From the IMG/VR virus record IMGVR_UViG_3300021255_004000, positions 1 through 64,000 of that record: DNA of 64,000 nucleotides; one strand, 5' to 3'. The stretch's first letter is position 1. Each line of letters begins with the position of its first letter. The notes under the pieces were generated by a model. It was not told the DNA's origin, did no database searches, and saw nothing but the letters and a program-made list of their open reading frames with translations. The DNA is from a virus (lineage: Duplodnaviria > Caudoviricetes). This document shows, piece after piece, positions 29,742 to 39,259 of the stretch. Both the position numbers and the translations under genes were made by a program.

Positions 29742-32237
29742 ATGAAGGTTTACAAACGCAACGGCGCCGAACAGGATTTCTGTTTGGACAAAATTATAAA
29801 CGCAATTAAGAAAGCAAACAATGCAGTATCAGATGATGGCCGGTTAACTGATGAACAGTTTGACAAAGTCGTAGCAACTGTTGAAAAGTTTCTTGAGCCA
29901 TTTGACACAGTAAAGGTTGAAGACATTCAGGACTTGGTTGAAAAAGCCTTGATGAAACACAACCGCTATGAAATCGCAAAAGCATACATTCTTTTCAGAG
30001 ACAAGAAACAAAATCAGAAACTTTATGATGATGTTGACGAACAGGTTTTAGCAATCACAAAGGGTGAGTCTGCTGAACTTCGTGGTGATAATGCCAATAA
30101 ACATATCGATGTCAACTCTTCTATTCGTGATTACATTGCAGGCACTGAATGTAAGTCTCTTGCTCAAAAGATGCTTGATAAAGTTATTATCACAGCTCAC
30201 AAAAAGGGCTGGTTGCACTATCACGATATGGACTACTCTCCTGTAATGCCATTGCACAATTGTGATGTCTTTAATATCGAAGATATGCTTGACAATGGTT
30301 TTATGATGAATGATACAAAGATCACTCGTCCTCGTCGTTTCTCAACAGCTGCAAATCTTGCTGCACAAATCAATTTGATTATCTCAGGTTCACAGTATGG
30401 TGGACAAACATTCTCTTGGGCACCTTTAGCAAAATATGTTGAAAGTACTCGTGTTGATTGTAAACTCGAACTTCTTACAATTCTTTCAGTTTTACCTAAG
30501 TGGCTTGCATTCATCTTGAAGCCTTGGTACAAAAAGATGACTGAAGTTATGGTTAGACGCGACATTCACGTCGGAATTAAAACATATCAGTATCAGGTAC
30601 TTTGTCATCAGTCTTCAAACGGACAGACTCCTTTCGTTTCAAACGTTATCAACTTGCGTGAAGCAATGGGAAAACAGGAACAGAAGGACCTTGCATTTAT
30701 CATTGAAGAAATCTTGAAACGCAGAACTAAGGGTGTTCTTGACAAACTTGGTAAGCCTATGCCGCCGCTTTTCCCAAAGTTGTTGTACTACACTTGCGAT
30801 GGGTTGAATGTTAAGAAAGGTGATCCTTACTTCTATCTTACTGAATTAGCTGCAAAGTGTATCACTGTTCGTATGCAGCCTGATATTATTTCAGAAAAGA
30901 AAAATCGTGAAGTAAAGAAAGGACAGATGATTCCTTGTATGGGTTGTCGTTCATTCCTTGCGCCAATTTGGGAAGAAAGAAGATATCCAAGAAACACAAA
31001 GTTTTATTGGCAGTACACAACATCAAGCAATGTTCAATATGAAGGTGCACCTGGAAGAAACATCGACTTTAACAGAAAAATTGAATATGGTGTTCTTCCT
31101 TTCTCTGATGCAGATAGCGGAATTGCAATCAACTTCAGAGGTAACACAGGCTGGCTGAAAGAAATGACTGATGAAGAAGTTGTTATCTTACAACCTATTG
31201 TTTATGGCCGCTTTAATATGGGTGTTGTTACAATCAACTTGCCACATTGTGCTCTTTCTGCTGTTAAGTCAGTAAAAGACAACAATATGGATCCTAAGTA
31301 CTTAAGAGACGAGTTTTATCGTATTCTTGATGAGCGACTTGACATTTGCCATAAAGCATTACTTACAAGATGGGAATCTGTAAAGAACATCAAAGCAAAG
31401 AACAGTCCAATTCTTTGGCAGCACGGTGCTCTTGCTCGCTTGAATGAAGATGATACAATCGGTGATTGGGTTATGAAACACGAGCCTGCATTTACTTCGA
31501 TTTCATTGGGATATGTTGGTCTTTATGAAACTTGTATGGCTTTGACAGGTGAGTCAAACACAACACTTAAAGGTCAGAAAGCTTCTTCAAAGATTTTGCA
31601 GTATCTTAATAAGAAATGTGAAGAATGGAAAGAAGAAGACCATTTAGGCTATTCAATTTATGGTACACCTGAAGAGGCACTTACTTACAAGTTTGCTTCT
31701 GCTTTGGCAAAAGACTTTGGTTTAATTGAACATATCACTGATAAAGAGTATATCGTAAACAGTTACCACGTCGACCCACGCGAAGACATTGACGCATTCA
31801 GAAAGTTGAAAATTGAAGGTCAGTATCTTGCTCTTTCAAGTGGCGGTGCAGTATCATATATTGAAACATCTGATATGCAGAAAAACCCTGAAGCAATCAT
31901 AAGTGTAATTCAGTATATGCACGAACACATTATGTACGCTGAAGTAAATACAAAACTTGATACTTGCTACAACTGTGGCTATCAAGGCGAGCTTGAAATG
32001 ATTAAGACAGAGAACGGTGACTTCAGATTTGTTTGTCCTGTTTGTAAATGTGATGATCCTGATAAGCAACTTGTAACACGCCGCATCTGTGGTTATATGG
32101 GAGTTGTAAATGCGGGTAATGTAAACAAAGGACGAGGTGATGATATTTACAATCGTTGTTTGCATCTTGACAGTGAAAGCAACATTCGTTATGTAAATCA
32201 CACAAAACCAATTCCTAAAAATTGTTTATGTTCTTAA
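29742..32237 (+). CDS. nrdD: Anaerobic (class III) ribonucleoside-triphosphate reductase with ATP cone
   Basis: N-terminal ATP cone; HYHDMDY..NC; MGCRSF; GRFN.GVVTINLP; YGTP; CxxC-CxxC; RRICGY glycyl radical motif. Confidence 0.97.
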   Translation: MKVYKRNGAEQDFCLDKIINAIKKANNAVSDDGRLTDEQFDKVVATVEKFLEPFDTVKVEDIQDLVEKALMKHNRYEIAKAYILFRDKKQNQKLYDDVDEQVLAITKGESAELRGDNANKHIDVNSSIRDYIAGTECKSLAQKMLDKVIITAHKKGWLHYHDMDYSPVMPLHNCDVFNIEDMLDNGFMMNDTKITRPRRFSTAANLAAQINLIISGSQYGGQTFSWAPLAKYVESTRVDCKLELLTILSVLPKWLAFILKPWYKKMTEVMVRRDIHVGIKTYQYQVLCHQSSNGQTPFVSNVINLREAMGKQEQKDLAFIIEEILKRRTKGVLDKLGKPMPPLFPKLLYYTCDGLNVKKGDPYFYLTELAAKCITVRMQPDIISEKKNREVKKGQMIPCMGCRSFLAPIWEERRYPRNTKFYWQYTTSSNVQYEGAPGRNIDFNRKIEYGVLPFSDADSGIAINFRGNTGWLKEMTDEEVVILQPIVYGRFNMGVVTINLPHCALSAVKSVKDNNMDPKYLRDEFYRILDERLDICHKALLTRWESVKNIKAKNSPILWQHGALARLNEDDTIGDWVMKHEPAFTSISLGYVGLYETCMALTGESNTTLKGQKASSKILQYLNKKCEEWKEEDHLGYSIYGTPEEALTYKFASALAKDFGLIEHITDKEYIVNSYHVDPREDIDAFRKLKIEGQYLALSSGGAVSYIETSDMQKNPEAIISVIQYMHEHIMYAEVNTKLDTCYNCGYQGELEMIKTENGDFRFVCPVCKCDDPDKQLVTRRICGYMGVVNAGNVNKGRGDDIYNRCLHLDSESNIRYVNHTKPIPKNCLCS

Positions 32238-32251
32238 AATGAAACAAGCAT

Positions 32252-32290
32252 AAAAATACCCGCTCGAAATTGAGCGGGTTTTATTTTATT
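32252..32290. terminator. Bidirectional terminator
   Basis: ACCCGCTC-gaaatt-GAGCGGGT with A/T tails. Confidence 0.8.
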
Positions 32291-33098
32291 TACCGTTTTT
32301 ACTGTTTAAGTACTTCATTATGTGATTTTCCAATTTCCACATATCGCAGTAAAGACAATCATCAGATAAGATGTAATTTAAGTATGGCAAAACCTGCTCT
32401 GGAAGTCCACACCAGTTAGCAGTCTTTAATGCAAGTTCCGCATACTCATCATACAATATGTCCTCGTCTTTGCTTTCACAAGCACTCATATTGTAAACAA
32501 AGCGGCGGACGAACTGTCTTAATTCAACAGAAAGACGAACTCTTGTATCTTCACGAAGTGTGTTTTTTGAACTTTGAGCGTCTTCATTCAAAATCTTATC
32601 AAAAAGTGCGTTTTTATTTTCACCATATAATTCATTGTACATTCTGTTAAGTCCTTCTATTTTGTAAATCAATTCATAAGTATCTTCTTCACCAAGAGCA
32701 TCAACTCTTTCAAGCGTCATTGTTTCATAGGGGCTTAATTCCCAATGTTTGATTTCAGCAATGTCTGCATCGCTTGACAAAACTTTTACAACAAGACGAG
32801 CTTCATCAACATTTACATAAGCATCAAGAACTGATGTATCTGGACAAGTTGATAAGTCAAGATTGTCGTTTACAAAGTCTTCAACGCTGTCAGCTTTTCC
32901 ATAGCATCCTGCTGTGTCACGATGATCTGCAAGATCAAAGCCCATTCCTTCATAGCCTGAATAATCATTATCTTCGCTGTCATTGCCTTTGAAACAAGCA
33001 ATCACAAACTTTTCAAAAGCATTTGGATTTGTCCAAAAAGCATCAGGCGGGTCAAAGCCAAATGCAACAGGACCTCTATAGTTTTCTGCCATTATCAT
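32286..33098 (-). CDS. Hypothetical late protein inserted between nrdD and nrdG
   Basis: AGGAG RBS; ACTAA motif upstream; acidic. Confidence 0.7.
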   Translation of the reverse strand: MIMAENYRGPVAFGFDPPDAFWTNPNAFEKFVIACFKGNDSEDNDYSGYEGMGFDLADHRDTAGCYGKADSVEDFVNDNLDLSTCPDTSVLDAYVNVDEARLVVKVLSSDADIAEIKHWELSPYETMTLERVDALGEEDTYELIYKIEGLNRMYNELYGENKNALFDKILNEDAQSSKNTLREDTRVRLSVELRQFVRRFVYNMSACESKDEDILYDEYAELALKTANWCGLPEQVLPYLNYILSDDCLYCDMWKLENHIMKYLNSKNGK

Positions 33099-33134
33099 TT
33101 CTCCTGTTAATATAAAATTAGTAAAGAGGATTCT

Positions 33135-33617
33135 ATGGGAAACTACTCAGTCATTAAAGAGTTTTGTACTTCCAACGGCCCAGGCGTCCGTACCTCAATA
33201 TATTTGAGCGGTTGTAACATTCATTGTAAAGGATGTTTTAACTATGATGCTTGGGACTTCACTTCAGGTGAACCTGTCACAGAAGAAGTAATCAATCAAC
33301 TTATTAAGTCGATTGAGCCTGAGTTCATTCAAGGCATTTCTATTTTAGGTGGAGAGCCTATGGATGTAAAAAATCAAGCAACAACACTTGAAATCATAAA
33401 AGCAGTGAAGAAAGCTTACGGTGACAAAAAAGACATTTGGATTTGGACAGGCTATGAAATTGATAGAAACCTGCCGCATACACCTTCAACAAAACAGATA
33501 CTTCGTAATGTAGATGTTATCGTTGATGGCCCTTTTGTCATTGAAGAACAAGATGTAAAACTGCCTTATATGGGCTCAAGAAATCAACGCGTACTTCATA
33601 AAGGCGTTGATTTCTAA
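33135..33617 (+). CDS. nrdG: Anaerobic RNR activating radical-SAM protein
   Basis: NGPGVR; CxxxCxxC; LGGEP; WTGY; VDG.F; GS.NQR. Confidence 0.96.
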   Translation: MGNYSVIKEFCTSNGPGVRTSIYLSGCNIHCKGCFNYDAWDFTSGEPVTEEVINQLIKSIEPEFIQGISILGGEPMDVKNQATTLEIIKAVKKAYGDKKDIWIWTGYEIDRNLPHTPSTKQILRNVDVIVDGPFVIEEQDVKLPYMGSRNQRVLHKGVDF

Positions 33618-34030
33618 ACATTTGGTTGTTCTTTGGAAACAACTTTGTTTGGTCCGTCTTCAGTCCAAACCCACAAGACAAGATCTGGGTCGATTGCAAC
33701 ATCATAAACAGCGTTTGGCGCATTTGCTTCGGCATCTGCTGACCAAACCTCACCAGCCTGTGTCTCATCTGGGATTTTGTGACTGTGACTTGAAAATGAT
33801 GAGTCACCAGAGCCACCGCCCACAGACTCTGTTGGCAACTCCTTCCAAGCGCCTTCTTTAGGCTTATAGTAAACAGTTGCGTTTTCTTTGTTAAACTTTT
33901 CCTTTGCATCACGCAAAGATACCATCTTAGTAAGTTGAAACTTATAAGGATTTTCAGCATCTAAAGGCTGTGCACCATCATCGAGAGTTTGAATAAATGT
34001 TTTATATGCGTCTTTGAAATCAACACCCAT
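33614..34030 (-). CDS. Hypothetical late protein (leaderless)
   Basis: ACTAA 5 nt upstream of ATG. Confidence 0.65.
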   Translation of the reverse strand: MGVDFKDAYKTFIQTLDDGAQPLDAENPYKFQLTKMVSLRDAKEKFNKENATVYYKPKEGAWKELPTESVGGGSGDSSFSSHSHKIPDETQAGEVWSADAEANAPNAVYDVAIDPDLVLWVWTEDGPNKVVSKEQPNV

Positions 34031-34095
34031 ATCAGTTAGTCACAGAATGTTAATATAAATAAAGACATACTAGATAATATCAATTTGGAGGATAT

Positions 34096-35370
34096 ATGAG
34101 TTATTTTGGAAAGGTAAGATGGGCAGCATTCCAGCCACTCATTGGCGGCTGCGATATAGGCGCTGAAAAGTCATTTGGCTGTAAACCTACTTGTGTTATC
34201 GACTATGATGGCGTCGCAAACTCTGATCTTTACCTCAACTATATGGCAAATGTCAAAAAGACACCATTAAAACATTTTGTAATTGATGGCGGAGCCTATT
34301 CACTTGCAAAAGACTTGAAGAAAGATGAAGATGGAAATCCTATTTACAGTTGGTCAGATCCTGAACTTCAGAATCTTGATGTTGTTGTAGGCGTTCCTAT
34401 TTGTGCAGGTCTTTCTTCAGCAAACACACAAAACAGTTCATCATCAAAGATGGGCCGCGGTTCTGATGCTATGCAGAACAACAATATGTTGGGTATGCTA
34501 GACATTACACTGAACACAATCAAACCGAAAGTTTACATTTTTGAAAACGCTTACAAGCTTGCAACTCCACTTGGTGCAGGCATTAAAGAAAAGTTGATTA
34601 AACTTGCAAATGAAGCAGGCTACGCAACAAACATCGTTAAGGTAAACACAATCAACCACGGCTTGCCACAGAATCGTACTCGTACTTTCTTTGTTGCTTA
34701 CCGTGGAGATGTTGCTCCTTTGATGACATATGAACCAACACCTTGTCCAACAATTATGGATGTTCTTGAAGGCTTGCCACCTCAGCAGTCAGCATTCCAA
34801 GAAAGAAGCTCTGACGACGGTTGGATTCAGTACTTGAAAGATAAGTGGGGTCCAAATTACCGCGAAGAGTGGGCAAAACACGCAAGCGCTGCTGACTTTG
34901 TCGCCGATGAATGTGGCGATATGGAAATGGCAAAGAAGTACTTTGACGAAAAAGGTAAGAAGATTATCGACTATTGTATCAGCAAGAAAGCTCAGGGCAA
35001 AGGCTGGATGTCAGGTGCTCCACTTTACTATGGTCCTTCAAAACTTCCTTCATTGTATGGCCGCTCAATGGGTCGTTGTTGGCATCCTACTGAAGAGCGC
35101 GGATTCTCATTGCGTGAATGTATGCGTTTGATGGCAATGCCTGATGACTTTGAATGTCCGCCAAAAGGAAAGGCTGGTATGATTGGTCAGAATGTTCCTG
35201 TATGTACTGCAGCTTACTACACAAATCAGGTTTTGAAATATCTTGACGGCGAGTTGAAGATGTCCGAACAGAAAAATGTTGAACAGGATTTCTGCTCAAC
35301 TGGAGCGATTAGGAAAGAAGCAAAGTTAAAGCCTTTACCTAAGACAGGATTTGCTGCAATACTGAAATAA
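34096..35370 (+). CDS. C5-cytosine DNA methyltransferase homologue with atypical motifs
   Basis: FQPLIGG (motif I), VPICAGLS (IV), FENA (VI), PQNRTR (VIII), R.FSLRECMRLM.MPDDF (IX), IGQNVP (X). Confidence 0.85.
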   Translation: MSYFGKVRWAAFQPLIGGCDIGAEKSFGCKPTCVIDYDGVANSDLYLNYMANVKKTPLKHFVIDGGAYSLAKDLKKDEDGNPIYSWSDPELQNLDVVVGVPICAGLSSANTQNSSSSKMGRGSDAMQNNNMLGMLDITLNTIKPKVYIFENAYKLATPLGAGIKEKLIKLANEAGYATNIVKVNTINHGLPQNRTRTFFVAYRGDVAPLMTYEPTPCPTIMDVLEGLPPQQSAFQERSSDDGWIQYLKDKWGPNYREEWAKHASAADFVADECGDMEMAKKYFDEKGKKIIDYCISKKAQGKGWMSGAPLYYGPSKLPSLYGRSMGRCWHPTEERGFSLRECMRLMAMPDDFECPPKGKAGMIGQNVPVCTAAYYTNQVLKYLDGELKMSEQKNVEQDFCSTGAIRKEAKLKPLPKTGFAAILK

Positions 35371-35394
35371 ATTAAAATAACAATAAAGATTAAG

Positions 35395-35426
35395 TCGGAA
35401 ACCTATGTGGTTTCCGATTTTTTTTT
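35395..35426 (+). terminator. Intrinsic terminator
   Basis: TCGGAAACC-tatgt-GGTTTCCGA followed by a T run. Confidence 0.85.
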
Positions 35427-35438
35427 CAACTAAATTAT

Positions 35439-36092
35439 ATGAAAGTTATAATTACAAATGATTCATTGGACAGCTTATTAAGCGTACAAATAAGCACAAA
35501 CGGCGGACAGAGCTATTCTACATATAGTGTTAGCTCTCTTAAAGATGGCTTAACATTTGACTGTAGTCCTAAAGACTTAAAAGTCATTTGTGATGTAAAC
35601 ACATTGAAGTATATTCAAGTTCTTGCTGATGGCGAAAAAGCAAGCAGCAGTGACATTGACTTAAGCAACTACATAAAGATTAAAGACATTTATGTTGATC
35701 TTTATAAAAATACTTATTATGGCAGCAAAGATCTTTCTGATGAGGAAAGACGCAAGTTATCAGACCTTGAACGAATGATGTATGATAATAAAGATTATAG
35801 GTTTTATTGTAATGGTGAAGGTTTTGAACCTGAAATGTGTAGTAAAGATTTGAGAGTTGCTCCTGCTGAAGTAGATGATTATTGGAATTCTGGAATTAGT
35901 TTTGATTATGATTTTCACAATTCTTGGCGTTCAAATAACGGCTACTATTATTACTTCATAAATAATGAAGATATTTTAATTGATGCACCTTATTTTAATC
36001 TAATATGTCCTGATTGTTATGGGTATATTGATGATAACACCAACCATAAGTTTTTGATAAATGAAAGAATTCACTTTATTAAACATTTCTAA
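35439..36092 (+). CDS. Hypothetical mosaic late protein
   Basis: Leaderless ACTAA motif; Asp-box-like STNGGQSY; DLSNY linker; AT-rich C-terminal half. Confidence 0.65.
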   Translation: MKVIITNDSLDSLLSVQISTNGGQSYSTYSVSSLKDGLTFDCSPKDLKVICDVNTLKYIQVLADGEKASSSDIDLSNYIKIKDIYVDLYKNTYYGSKDLSDEERRKLSDLERMMYDNKDYRFYCNGEGFEPEMCSKDLRVAPAEVDDYWNSGISFDYDFHNSWRSNNGYYYYFINNEDILIDAPYFNLICPDCYGYIDDNTNHKFLINERIHFIKHF

Positions 36093-36837
36093 TTACATAG
36101 AAAATCCTATAGCAAACTTTTGTATATCTAAGTATGAACACAAAAAGATTTATACTCTTGATGATGTAATGCCAGATATACAAAAGTTGAAGCATTCAAA
36201 ATATATTTTAGAACATAATTGTGGAATGTCTTTATTAGGGGATCAACTCAGATTATATCTTGCATCCAAGCAAGACAACTTTTTATATGTTGATGCAGAC
36301 TGCTACATACCTGATTTTTCAGAAATATTAAGTCATAAAAACTGCACTTGTTACGATGACTTCGGAAGAATAAATAACGGCACATTCTTTTATTCACAAC
36401 ACGACTGTGAGTTTAACAATTACTACTTAAACTTATATGATAAAGTACCTGAAAGAGACTACAGACTTTATAACACAGACTTTTTCAGAAAATATCCTTA
36501 TAAGTTGGATTTAAAAAACAAAAAGTCAGGTGATATGGATTTAATTAAAGTAAAGTATCATCATTTTATGATAAGCAAGTTTTATTATTTCAAAAAGTTT
36601 TATCCTAATGTTGATACAATTTATTATATAAAAGAGCCACATCCACTCTTTAGTGTTCCTAGTGTTTATTGGAGAATGTTTGAAGATTATAAATCTTTCA
36701 TTATGAATACTGCAAACGGGAAAGTTTGGCATTACAACACAGTGAATTGTTTAATACCACAAAATGACTTGATAAGACTCTTTAAAGAGCAAATGAATTA
36801 CACATATCAAAAACAATTAAAATATGTTGAAATGTAA
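36061..36837 (+). CDS. Putative GT-A glycosyltransferase (DxD)
   Basis: GDQLRLY...LYVDAD...NNG pattern typical of GT32/capsule-synthesis-like enzymes; very AT-rich. Confidence 0.6.
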   Translation: MKEFTLLNISNYIENPIANFCISKYEHKKIYTLDDVMPDIQKLKHSKYILEHNCGMSLLGDQLRLYLASKQDNFLYVDADCYIPDFSEILSHKNCTCYDDFGRINNGTFFYSQHDCEFNNYYLNLYDKVPERDYRLYNTDFFRKYPYKLDLKNKKSGDMDLIKVKYHHFMISKFYYFKKFYPNVDTIYYIKEPHPLFSVPSVYWRMFEDYKSFIMNTANGKVWHYNTVNCLIPQNDLIRLFKEQMNYTYQKQLKYVEM

Positions 36838-36868
36838 AAAAGGCGAGCAGTTGCTCGCCTTATATTTT
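36836..36868. terminator. Bidirectional terminator
   Basis: AAGGCGAGC-agtt-GCTCGCCTT. Confidence 0.85.
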
Positions 36869-37427
36869 AAGCAAAGTTTTTTATCGCTTCAATAATCTCT
36901 TCGTCTGAGCGTGAACCATCAACAACAGTCCACTTTCCATCTTTGGAAATTGCTTTTGACTGACCACTTAAAACACAAAGTTTTGCAGGTGGCTCATTCC
37001 CAGTTGCTTCTTTCCAAAGTCTTTCAACTTTAGCAAATGGCGTCTCGGCTTTTGCACCTGCATCAGCAGCAACAGAAACATCTTCACTGAAATCATCAAT
37101 GTCGTCCCACTCAGATGGACTGTCTGCTGTTTCAATAGTCATATTATATTTATCACCGTTATCATAACGGAAAACAGCTGAAGTTGAGCCTTCAGAGAAT
37201 GCGTCAGCAACTGCATCATCGATTTCAAGAGTGTTTGTAATAGCACCACAGTCTTTCAACCAACTTCTTAAAACTCCAGTAGCTTCATCGTATGGGATTT
37301 TCTGAATCATATCAAGTGATACATCTTCAGAATCTGAACCAAGGTACTCGCCGCTTCCTGTTGCATAGCCCCAGAGAGTATCCTCTCCATCATCTGCCAT
37401 ATTAAATCTAAAATATTTTGTTTGCAT
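36867..37427 (-). CDS. Acidic hypothetical protein
   Basis: GAGG RBS before MQTK. Confidence 0.7.
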   Translation of the reverse strand: MQTKYFRFNMADDGEDTLWGYATGSGEYLGSDSEDVSLDMIQKIPYDEATGVLRSWLKDCGAITNTLEIDDAVADAFSEGSTSAVFRYDNGDKYNMTIETADSPSEWDDIDDFSEDVSVAADAGAKAETPFAKVERLWKEATGNEPPAKLCVLSGQSKAISKDGKWTVVDGSRSDEEIIEAIKNFA

Positions 37428-37437
37428 CTTGTCCTCT

Positions 37438-37980
37438 TTATTTTTTGATTTGTCTATTTGACTCCCAAGATGTTTCCTGAGCAAGCTGCTCAAGATAAAT
37501 ATCAAGGTCATTATTGATACGAGCAATAGCAGTAAGGTACAATTTCATTTCATTCTGAGCACGAACGATCATTTTGAAATATGTATCTTTCTGTCCTTCA
37601 GCAACATCATACAAACTTTTTACCTGCTCAATTCTTTGGTTGTCTGCACGCATTGCGTCAAGATCATAAGCACCAGCAGAAGAAGCAAAAACGCCAGGAA
37701 GATTGTATGTACCACCGTTGTTTGCCTTTGAGTACTTTGCAACGATGTCGCTTTTCTCAACAGACAAGTCAACATAATCAGTAATTGAATCACGGTAAAG
37801 TGATACAGCAGATTTAAGAGAGTCGATTTCTTTCAAACATTTTTCAATGTTATCCTTAAGGCCAGTTCTAAGCGCTTCAATTACTTTTTGATTCTTTTCA
37901 TCAATATTCTGAACAGCATATCCTTCTTTCAAAGGCTGATGTTCACAAGCAATGATTTCATCGAAGTTTTCTTTATTCAT
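37438..37980 (-). CDS. Coiled-coil hypothetical protein
   Basis: GGAG RBS before MNKE. Confidence 0.7.
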   Translation of the reverse strand: MNKENFDEIIACEHQPLKEGYAVQNIDEKNQKVIEALRTGLKDNIEKCLKEIDSLKSAVSLYRDSITDYVDLSVEKSDIVAKYSKANNGGTYNLPGVFASSAGAYDLDAMRADNQRIEQVKSLYDVAEGQKDTYFKMIVRAQNEMKLYLTAIARINNDLDIYLEQLAQETSWESNRQIKK

Positions 37981-39220
37981 CTTTATTCTCCTCGTCATCT
38001 TCAATATCACTGAAATCAAACTTATCAGCTTCAGAATCGAAGTCTTCAAGTTCGTCCTCAGAAACTTCCTGACCGCCGCTTACAATCATATCACTTGACA
38101 TTGTTTCAAAGCCGTTCCAAGTTGAGTTGTTTGCTTTTGCGTCAGCGTATGTAAACATATCAACTACTTCGTCAGAAAGATCATCTCCGTTATTTTCTTC
38201 TCCATCACGAGGTCCAAGGTAATCTGCAGCTTCTGATGCAGCATCAATATAATCAGCTTCCATAGGCTGGTCAAGAATTGCACGAGCAGCGTTTTTGTAA
38301 TTGATTTCTTTATTCCAAAAGTGGATGTAATCAGAGATAACAGGATCTTCGCTTTCAATATCTTTAAGTGCGTCAATAAACTTTTCTCCGCGGTCCTTAA
38401 GATAATCAACAAATGCAGGCCAAGTAATTGCTTCTTCAGAAACAACTTCCCATTCACCAGCATCACCTGTTTCAACAAATGATTTTATATCGGATATATT
38501 TGCAACTTTTTCACCAGCAGCAATAGCAATTTCTGCTATATCATCTGCTTCAGCAAGTGCTTCATTGTAAAGTTCTTCAGTAATTGCGTGGATTTTATCA
38601 AACTCAGTTCCTGAAGCGTGCCAATGCATAAACTTCAAATCGTTTGCAAAAAGATTGGCGAACATTGCAGCTTTTGCAATATTTCCAATATCTTTTTCTT
38701 CAACATCAGTTGTTTCTGTTGAGGTATCATCGTTGATGTCTGATGTTGAAAGGTCTTCCTCATTTTCGATAAGTTTCAAGAATGAGCCTTTTGGCAAAAC
38801 TCCTCCGTCTTCATCAATACGAAGCAAAAAGCCTTTCTTACCTTCAAGAATTGTTACTCCTTTTACAGGTGACTTAATAACTGTCAACTGAGGAGTAGGC
38901 TGTCCTTCAGGGATTTGTCCATTTGCTTGAATGTGTTTTGGGAATTCTGCAAGTTCAGCCGCTGCCACTTCAGGTACAACATAATTGTCAGAAAAAGAAT
39001 GAGAGAGTTTTGGGTCTTTTCTTTGATAGCGGACTGTCTTATAATTTGGATTGACTTCCTTAACTTCAAAGCCAGAGTTTTCAAGTGTTTTCTGAGCTTG
39101 AGGTTGGCTGTCTTGTTGAATTATGATTTCTTCCACAGACATTCCTGCAGGAGGCACAAAACCTAAAGCCTGCAAAAAGTTGGGGATAGTCAAATTGTCA
39201 CTGTTACTAACTAAGAACAT
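37973..39220 (-). CDS. Multi-domain protein containing a Dps/ferritin-like domain
   Basis: MHWHASGTEFDKIH...ELY...ADDIAE matches the Dps ferroxidase pattern; acidic flanks. Confidence 0.7.
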   Translation of the reverse strand: MFLVSNSDNLTIPNFLQALGFVPPAGMSVEEIIIQQDSQPQAQKTLENSGFEVKEVNPNYKTVRYQRKDPKLSHSFSDNYVVPEVAAAELAEFPKHIQANGQIPEGQPTPQLTVIKSPVKGVTILEGKKGFLLRIDEDGGVLPKGSFLKLIENEEDLSTSDINDDTSTETTDVEEKDIGNIAKAAMFANLFANDLKFMHWHASGTEFDKIHAITEELYNEALAEADDIAEIAIAAGEKVANISDIKSFVETGDAGEWEVVSEEAITWPAFVDYLKDRGEKFIDALKDIESEDPVISDYIHFWNKEINYKNAARAILDQPMEADYIDAASEAADYLGPRDGEENNGDDLSDEVVDMFTYADAKANNSTWNGFETMSSDMIVSGGQEVSEDELEDFDSEADKFDFSDIEDDEENKDE

Positions 39221-39259
39221 TTGTATTCCTCTTATATAGTTAGTAACAGCGATATGATT

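Noticed and set aside
30960-31200. Intein or group I intron in nrdD
   Set aside because: Frame is continuous and there are no splicing or homing endonuclease motifs
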